Shown here piece after piece: positions 56,872 to 64,000 of a stretch of DNA of 64,000 bases. Position 1 is the first letter of the stretch. Every line of letters begins with the position of its first letter. The notes beneath the pieces were generated by a model, which saw only the letters and a list, made by a program, of their open reading frames with translations, did not search any database and was not told the origin of the DNA. The position numbers and the translations under genes were made by a program. The DNA is taken from NCBI RefSeq assembly GCF_001447785.1, contig NW_015162511.1:80221-144220 (forward strand), in the 5' to 3' direction. Origin of the DNA: Gekko japonicus (lineage: Eukaryota).

Positions 56872-59800
56872 CTAAAGAAGAAGACAGAGTTCCTGTTGAG
56901 CCAACAAATGAGGCAGAGAGCTTGCACAGTCTAGTTTGCTTTCCAGTTACAGCCAGTGCGTAGTCTCGGAAGTACATTATTAGCTCTGCAGATACCTGAA
57001 GTCACAAATCTGAATCTTAAAAGGCCTTGCAGGTTTCTCTGTTCATTTTGGAATATTCAGGACCTTTGAGACTCAGAGAGTTTGCGTGTCACATTACTAG
57101 ACTTGGGGCATTCTAGGAACTAAGCATGGGAAGACGTACCCCTCCTTTACTGTTGATTACATTTCATGGTTACGTCTCCTCTCCAGAGACCTGCTTAGGG
57201 CTGCTCAGCAATAACAATTTGTTTTGTAATAAAATGCAAAGAATTAGCAAAACAAGCCACTGAAATAGCATCAGGACAAATAGAATCAAAGAGCTGGAAG
57301 GGGTCATACAGGCCACCAAGTCCAACCCCCTGCTCAGTGGCAGAATCAGCCCTAAAGCATCCCTGACAAGTGTTTGTCCAGCCGCTGCTTGAAGACTGCC
57401 AGTAAGGGGGAGCTCACCACCTCCAATCCCACTGTTGAATTACTGTTGCTGTCCCTGAAGAGCAGGGGTTCCTGAATTTTTACCCCATGTCTTCTTATAT
57501 TGTGGCTTTTATACTGAGTTGACGAACTGCATAATTAGCCCCCTCTTACACAAATTTCAGGGTTACCCAGAGGAGTGCTTGTTTTTATACCTTTTATCTG
57601 ACTGGAGTCCTTACATTACCAATCAAATTGTTAGGTATTTCCTATCTGTTATGAGGATCTGTGGGTTGGTTGTGAATGATCATGAATAATTTTATCCCTG
57701 CCCTGACCTGGATAGCCCAGGCAAGCCCGATCTCGTCAGATCTCGGAAGCTAAGCGGGGTCGACCCTGGCAAGTATTTGGATGGGAGACCTCCTTGGAAT
57801 ACCAGCAGTCGGGAGGTAGGGGCAGGCTTTATTCAGCCACCAAGTAGGGGTCAGTCACCAGACGTCGCCATGAATTCCAGATACACATGCACCCATGCAT
57901 GCACATGTGAAAAATAATTTAAAAATCTCTATCTTTATATCTAATAGCCAAGTTGCCCCCTCTGTGCGGATATCTAAATCCGCAAATCGGGGACACTTGG
58001 GGGGCAGAGAGATTTCCCTGCACACTTAGAGCAGAGCCCAGGTGTGCAGAAAAATCTAAAAAGTTGAAAAAACTATACACCGGGGGAGGGGAGGGAGACC
58101 GTTTGGCGGGCCTCAGGCCTCACTGCCGCTGCTGGGGAGGGTGGGTGGGAGAAAGCTTGGCAGGCCGGTGGCTGTGAGCCACTCAGGCCTTGCCACCGCT
58201 GTGGGGGAGGGAGAAGGCTTGGCAGGCCTCAGGCCTCGCTGCTGCCTCTGGGGAGGGGGGCAGGAGAAGGCTTGGTGGGCTGGTGGCTGTGAGCTGCTCA
58301 GGCCTCGCCACCGCCAGGAGGGAGGAGGGAGAAGTCTTGGCAGGCCTCAGCCCTTCCCGCCTCCGTGGGGAGGTAGGGGCTTGGCGGGTCTCGCCGCTGC
58401 TGGGAGAGGGGGGGAGAAGTCTTGGCGGGCCCCAGGCCTCGCCGCCAGGGTGGGGAGGGAGGAGGGAGGAGGGAGAAGGCTTGGCGGTCCTGATGGGTCT
58501 GCCTGCTGGGCTCACCTGCTGCCGCTTCCTCCTCCTGCGGAGCTCTCCTGCAGGCCGGGAGCTATGGGGAATACTCCCCCCCATGAGTATCGTGAGTCCC
58601 CCTTCTTGTTTTATCTAATGATCATGTATCGGTGTGCTTTCTGATGTGTACATTTATACTCACTGGCTACATAGTATTCTAGAGAAGAGAAGAGATTTAT
58701 ACCCCACCCTTCACTCGGAGTCTCAGAGCAGCTTACAAACTCCTTTCCCTTCCCCTCCCCACAACAAACATCCTGTGAACAGTGTTCCCTCTAAGCTGAG
58801 TTAGTGTGAGCTAGCTCACAGGTTTTTAGACTCTGGCTCACACATTTTTGTCTTAGCTCAGGAAGGATGGCTCCAGGGCAAACTAATTTTTGCTCACAAG
58901 ACTCCACAGCTGAGGCNNNNNNNNNNNNNNNNNNNNNNNNNNNNNNNNNNNNNNNNNNNNNNNNNNNNNNNNNNNNNNNNNNNNNNNNNNNNNNNNNNNN
59001 NNNNNNNNNNNAGCAGCTGCAAGTGGAGGAGTGGGGAATCAAACCCGATTCTCCCAGATTAGAGTCCGGGCACCTAACCACTACTTCAAACTGGTTTAGT
59101 ATTTGTAACAAATACCTAATGAAGGTTCTATGATTGATTGACTGATTGAGCAAAAGGACAACATTATATCCCGCTTTTCTTCTATACAGAAGTCAAGGTG
59201 GCAGGGAGTTCTAAGGCAGCCTCCCATCTAGGCACTGACCAGACTCCAGCCCCACTTACATTTGGTAAGGCTACCGTCTTGCGGCTCTTCCAAACGTAAC
59301 GTGGGACTATCTCCAAGCTGGGGGCATCAACAAATTTGTCTCCTTTCACTGTGCTTCCCTCAGCCCCATTCCTGTGTTCCTTCTATGCAGCTCCCTTATT
59401 ATGGAGAAGGCCAGTGCTACCTATGATCTCTCCATACCACTTTATCCCACTCTTCTTCCCAAGGAGCCCAGAGCAGGAAAGTCCCGCCTCTTCCCTCAGC
59501 CCCGTTCCTGTGTTCCTTCTATGCAGCTCACTTATTATGGAGAAGGCCACTGCTACCTATGATTTCTCCATACCATTTTATCCCACTCTTCAAGGAGCCC
59601 AGAGCAGGAAAGTCCCGCCTTCCTTCTTGCCCTACCTTGTGAGGTAGGACAGCCTGAAAGAAAGAGAGGGACAGGCTCAAGATCATCTGGTGCATGAGGA
59701 TCTGAACCTGGGTCTTCCAGGCCCTAGTCTAGAGTTGCCAGTTCTGGGTTGGGAAATGCCTGGAGATTCTGGAGGTGGGGCTCATGGAGGGAGAGGTGGA

Positions 59801-62779
59801 CCTCAGCCATTTTCTCCAGGGGAACTGATGTCGGTTTCCTGGAGATGAGTTCTAATCCCAGGAGATCTCCAGGCCTCACCTGGAGGCTGGCAACCCTACC
59901 CTAGTCTGACACTCTGGCTCGCTAAAACAGTCATTCAGGTGGGCAGAGATGGTCAACAAAAGAAAGTCTACTTCCTTCTTGTGAAACAAACAAGGCACTC
60001 CCTTCATTCAATCTCTCATGCCTTTCCTCAAGCCACTGATCTTTTGCCCTAACTTGCCTACTCCTTTTGGCCTTTGTACTCTAGCCCAGAAGCTTCCCAA
60101 GGCCACAGGGGGCTTTTTTTTTTGTCTACAGAAGTTCTTTTACACACACAGCACAACGAGGAATGAATTGTACTACTGAAATTACGGGGCTGGGGAGAAA
60201 CACTGTCCTTGAATGTTCCCCCACATTAAGAAACAGCCTCCCTATCAAGAGAAAACTCATCAGGGACATTTCTAGCAGTCTGCTGAGCCAGTTTTTTTAG
60301 TGGCAGGGAGATTTTATAATGCAATAGAGCATTCAACAGTGACCCCCACACACACACAACGTCTCTCTGAAGTGGTGCAGTCTATGCTATGGCCTCATTT
60401 TGGCTGCATGAGTAATCCAGCACACCTCAGGCTGGAGTTCCGCTTGGCCCAACACATCATTGCAGCCACATTCATGTCAAACACGGCCCACTGTGGTCAG
60501 CAGTGAATCTCAATTTTTGAAGGTAGGGAACAATAGAGTGTCACTATATATCACCCCCAATCCCACCCTACTCCTGAAGGACGTAGAAAGCATGTCAAGT
60601 AACCTAGCACTGCTCTTTTTAACATATACAGGATTTTATTTTTTAAAATGGAGAGTGAAGCTATGCTAGTGGGAGAAGTTGAACGTTAGCACTACACATC
60701 TGAAGCTCTTGCAGGCAGTGTTCCCTCTAAGCTGAGTTAGTGCGAGCTAGCTCACAGTTTTTCAGTCTCCAGCTCACAGATTTTTGTCTCCGCTCAGGAA
60801 GGACGACTCCAGGGCCAACTAATTTATGCAGTAGTCAAATCGCTCGCTCACAACTTTAATGCCAGTAGCTCACAGAGTAGAATTTTTGCTCACAAGACTC
60901 CACAGGTTAGAGGGAACATTGCTTGCAGGGGTAAGCAGTTGTGGGGGGAGAAAAGAGGTTTTGGAGCGGAGAAACAGTGAAAAAAGGAGGCATCAGGCCT
61001 CCTACTAAAGGTTGTCAGTTCTGGGTTGCAAAATACCTGGAGATTTTTGGGGTGGAGCCTGGGGAGGAGAGAGCTCTCAGCAGGGTACAATGCCATAGAG
61101 TCCACTCTCAGGATCAGGTGAACTGATTTTGGTTGTCTGGAGATCAACTGCAATAGGGGGAGATCTCCAGGTACCACCTGGAGGAGGACACCCCTCCTCC
61201 CTTCCCCATTCTAAGTCCTCCTCATTGAAAGCAGCCTTTATTCTCTCCTCTGGCCACTGTTACAGGTGGCATCCGCTTGTAATGGGCCGTTTGTTCAAAA
61301 GTTCCTAGTAAGAACCTGGATAGGTTGCTTTGATAAAATCCTTGCTGCTTAACCACTGTAGATTTTCATCTCTCTCCATTCCCCCATCTTCCCCATAGAT
61401 ATCACCAGAGCTTTATTGGTCTAGCAGGGCAGGGATGCAGCACAGAGCCAAGCGACCACACGTCTCTCCAAGGTCTCCCCTTATATAACTCAGTGATGCC
61501 AAATTAATGCTCCTCCTAGGCCAATTCCAGTTTCAAAAAACCCCACTAGGCACCTAGTCCATTGTAAACGTCACACTAAGAATCAGATCTGAGCATCATA
61601 CAGATTATGGGACTGGGTCTGGCAGAGGTACAAGCTGGGCTGGCCACTTACATGCATGAAGGAGCCCCAGGCAAACATATACCACAGAGAGACTTCCCAT
61701 ATGTCCTCCTCGGGAGCTCTGTTTTCCCTAAGGGGCTCATTCACACATAGAGATGCAAGTCATCACTGAGCCTTGAGTGATCGAGTGACGTGGGTGCACG
61801 TGTGAACCAGCCCAGTTTCTTTCTTTCTTTTCTTCATTGAAGAATCATCAGCAGGGGTTTTGGGGTGCTGGGAGGGGGGAGGAACTCTTCCAGTACAGAG
61901 TAGTGGAGCCCCAACATCTGTCTCGTGAAACGTGTTGCCAAGCCGCTGCCCCCCAAAAGACCAACCTTCCCCTCCCTGGCAGTCCCACTCTGTGCTCCTT
62001 GTTTCTTCATCCTTCAGATATCTGGATGGGAGAGGAGAAGGTGGGCGACTGTCCCTATAAACTACGGAGATTTCTAGGATCCCCCCCCCCCCGCGGGTTT
62101 TTACACCATTGCCTCCCTGAGTGCCCCTGGCTCAAGTTACCAATGATGTTCCCTGTAAGCTATGGAGCTCTGTGAGCAAAAATTCTACTCTGTGAGCTAC
62201 TGACATTAACGTTGTGAGCAGGAGATTTGGCTGCTGCATAAATTAGTTTGCTTTGGAGCCCCATCCTTCCTGAGCGGAGACAAAAATGTGTGCGCCAGAG
62301 GCTAAAAACCAGTGAGCTAGCTCACACCAACTCAGCTTAGAGGGAACACTACCAAGGACCCCTTTCTCCTCCTCAACGGCGAAGCCCACCGACAGGCCTC
62401 TCCCTCCAGCACGTCCGATCAGGGCCGCTGCAAGAACCGGTACCCAGCCGAGGGGGACCTTTAGGAGGCCACGCGGAAGGAGAAGGCGACACCGCCGGGG
62501 GCGCCCTGCAAAGCCCCAGGCCGGCTCTCTCTCTCCCCCCTCCCCATTCCCCTTCCCGCTGTACCTTGATGTGCTCGCCCTCGATCTCCACCGCCTTCTC
62601 CCTGAAGTCCACGCCGATGGTGGCCTCGGTGCTGGCTGGGAAGGCTCCCCCGCAGAAGCGCACCGTCAGGCAGGTCTTGCCCACGTTGGAGTCGCCGATG
62701 ACGATGATCTTGAAGATGCGCGTCTGCACCGACTGCTCCAGCGAGGCCTCCAGCTCCATGCTGGGGAAAAGGAGAGCGC
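56416..62779 (-). CDS. RAB33A: Ras-related protein Rab-33A, 2 coding exons (5' end may lie in gap 62780-63140)
   Basis: Exon 1 to 62565: (ALLFPS)[31 protein letters not shown]...[11 protein letters not shown]...IK, GTACAG donor. Exon 2 56871-56416: [32 protein letters not shown]...GNKCD...ETSAK...SCPC* (CXC prenylation motif). SMVEHYY and [15 protein letters not shown] match RAB33A rather than RAB33B. Confidence 0.93.
57280..57450 (-). mobile_element. CR1 LINE 3' end
   Basis: tagaatc...ctggaagggg...caagtccaaccccctgc is the reversed CR1 terminus. Confidence 0.7.
57697..57880 (+). mobile_element. 5S rRNA-derived SINE
   Basis: gcccgatctcgtcagatctcggaagctaagcggggtcg...gtatttggatgggagacc; 5' end and tail are not 5S. 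Confidence 0.8.
58080..58490 (+). repeat. GC-rich degenerate minisatellite in the RAB33A intron
   Basis: About 8 units of gggagaaggcttggcgggcctcaggcctcgccgc. Confidence 0.7.
58683..59094 (-). mobile_element. Squam3-like SINE interrupted by a hAT MITE (from 58780) and a gap
   Basis: Tail at 58683-58779 and head at 59012-59094. Confidence 0.72.
59354..59620 (+). repeat. ~136-bp tandem duplication
   Basis: Units begin at 59354 and 59490 and are nearly identical. Confidence 0.9.
59730..59898 (-). mobile_element. hAT MITE with TAGGGTTGCCA termini (other copies ~1564-1797, 2692-2883, 5259-5511, 9326-9572, 9588-9780, 61006-61190)
   Basis: tagagttgcca...tggcaacccta; perfect TSD ccctagtc. Confidence 0.82.
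60716..60921 (+). mobile_element. ~206-bp hAT MITE (family A)
   Basis: TIR CAGTGTTCCCTCTAAGCTG with near-perfect opposite end; perfect 8-bp TSD cttgcagg. Confidence 0.88.
62144..62351 (-). mobile_element. hAT MITE family A
   Basis: Same body on the minus strand; TSD not clear. Confidence 0.78.
62565..62779 (-). CDS. RAB33A: RAB33A coding exon 1 (visible part; in-frame ATG at 62759)
   Basis: P-loop GDSNVGKT and switch I TIGVDF; phase-0 donor at 62564. Confidence 0.88.
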
Positions 62780-63262
62780 NNNNNNNNNNNNNNNNNNNNN
62801 NNNNNNNNNNNNNNNNNNNNNNNNNNNNNNNNNNNNNNNNNNNNNNNNNNNNNNNNNNNNNNNNNNNNNNNNNNNNNNNNNNNNNNNNNNNNNNNNNNNN
62901 NNNNNNNNNNNNNNNNNNNNNNNNNNNNNNNNNNNNNNNNNNNNNNNNNNNNNNNNNNNNNNNNNNNNNNNNNNNNNNNNNNNNNNNNNNNNNNNNNNNN
63001 NNNNNNNNNNNNNNNNNNNNNNNNNNNNNNNNNNNNNNNNNNNNNNNNNNNNNNNNNNNNNNNNNNNNNNNNNNNNNNNNNNNNNNNNNNNNNNNNNNNN
63101 NNNNNNNNNNNNNNNNNNNNNNNNNNNNNNNNNNNNNNNNTTGGACGCGTCCGCCTGTGCCCAGTGGCTCTTCCCAGCCGATCCATCCCAGGGCTGTCCT
63201 CTTCTGTCTCCGAGAATGCAAAGGGCCCCGTTGCTAGACGCAGAGAAGGCGCACGCCCTGGG

Positions 63263-63400
63263 TCATAAGAACATAAGAGATGGCAATGTTGGATCAGGCC
63301 AAAGGCCCATGCAGTCCAACACTCTGTATCACACAGTGGCCAGAAATACCAGGTGCCATCAGGAGGTCCACCAGTGGGGCCAGGACAGTAGAAGCCATCC
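63263..63400 (-). mobile_element. CR1 LINE 3' end
   Basis: cataagaacataaga tail followed by ggatcaggccaaaggcccat...agtccaac. Confidence 0.7.
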
Positions 63401-63789
63401 CGAGGAAGCAAACGCTGCCCGCTGCCGCAAGGAGATGCCGGGCGCGTTTGGACGGAGCTACAGGCGCCTGCGAGTGAGCGCGGCCAAGAACGGGCAGCCA
63501 GTTCTTTATGAGATGGAGGTGGCTAGTGTGTGTGGCTCAGAGGTGTTATTTCGTGGGAAAGCCTTTCCCGGATTCCCGAGCGGGGCGGGTATTTAAGCAG
63601 GCACCCTAAGCCACCGGGAAAACTATTTCTGGAGATTGATGGATACAGGTTCAATTTGGAGGATCTCGGGAGTGATGGAGAAGGCGTGCCGAACGCCTCC
63701 TTCATAAGGCTTCAGGTAGTCCAAAAGGTTGCAGTGGTCCAAAGGAAAATCCAGAAATACCTACATGATGCCTGTTATTGTGCGTTAAG

Positions 63790-63960
63790 TGCCCTCAAGT
63801 CGCAGCAGGTTATAGTGACCCCAGCAAGGGGCTTTCCAGGCAAGTGACAGGCAGAGAAGGTTTGCCATGGCCTTCCTCTGCAGAGTTTTCCTTGGTGGTC
63901 TCCCTCCCAAGTACCAACCCTGCTTAACTTAGGAGATCTGATGACATTAGGCTATGCTGC
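63790..63960 (-). mobile_element. 5S rRNA-derived SINE
   Basis: Reverse 5S ICR-like sequence and RTE-like tail. Confidence 0.6.
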
Positions 63961-64000
63961 TTTCCCTCCCAACCACTTTTATTTGTTGTTGTTCAGTCGC

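Larger units (their letters stand above)
62370..63720. promoter_or_regulatory. RAB33A CpG island (partly in gap)
   Basis: CpG-rich sequence on both sides of the 62780-63140 gap, around exon 1. Confidence 0.6.

Noticed and set aside
57720-57810. Functional 5S rRNA gene
   Set aside because: It lacks the 5S 5' end and 3' terminator and has a SINE-type leader and tail; several diverged dispersed copies exist.
58141-58644. 130-170 aa ORFs in the RAB33A intron
   Set aside because: Products of a GC-rich minisatellite.
63530-63847. Plus-strand ORF as AIFM1 exon 1 or a new gene
   Set aside because: No ATG start or good acceptor, and no similarity to the recalled AIFM1 N-terminus.

Overview
Draft vertebrate genomic DNA with nine N-gaps. 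The repeat content (Sauria SINE, Squam3-like SINE, 5S-derived SINE, L2/CR1/RTE LINEs, Penelope fragments, hAT MITEs) points to a squamate, probably a gecko. The window covers the conserved block that lies on human Xq26.1. It holds intronless GPR119 (+, 6800-7781), nine-exon SLC25A14/UCP5/BMCP1 (-, 35796-18209, 290 aa), six-exon RBMX2 (-, 51945-45527, 375 aa) and two-exon RAB33A (-, 5' end possibly in a gap, to 56416). A CpG-island promoter and probable first exon of an unidentified minus-strand gene sit at the left edge. Most notable: a textbook U12 (minor spliceosome) GT-AG last intron in SLC25A14; Penelope-type minimal hammerhead ribozyme motifs, one nearly intact and sense-oriented in RBMX2 intron 3; a ~1.9 kb direct duplication flanking a young L2 fragment; a coding minisatellite in the RBMX2 C-terminus; and five hAT MITE families with 8-bp TSDs. 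I found no clearly new biological system. Gene and repeat names come from recalled sequences, not from searches.
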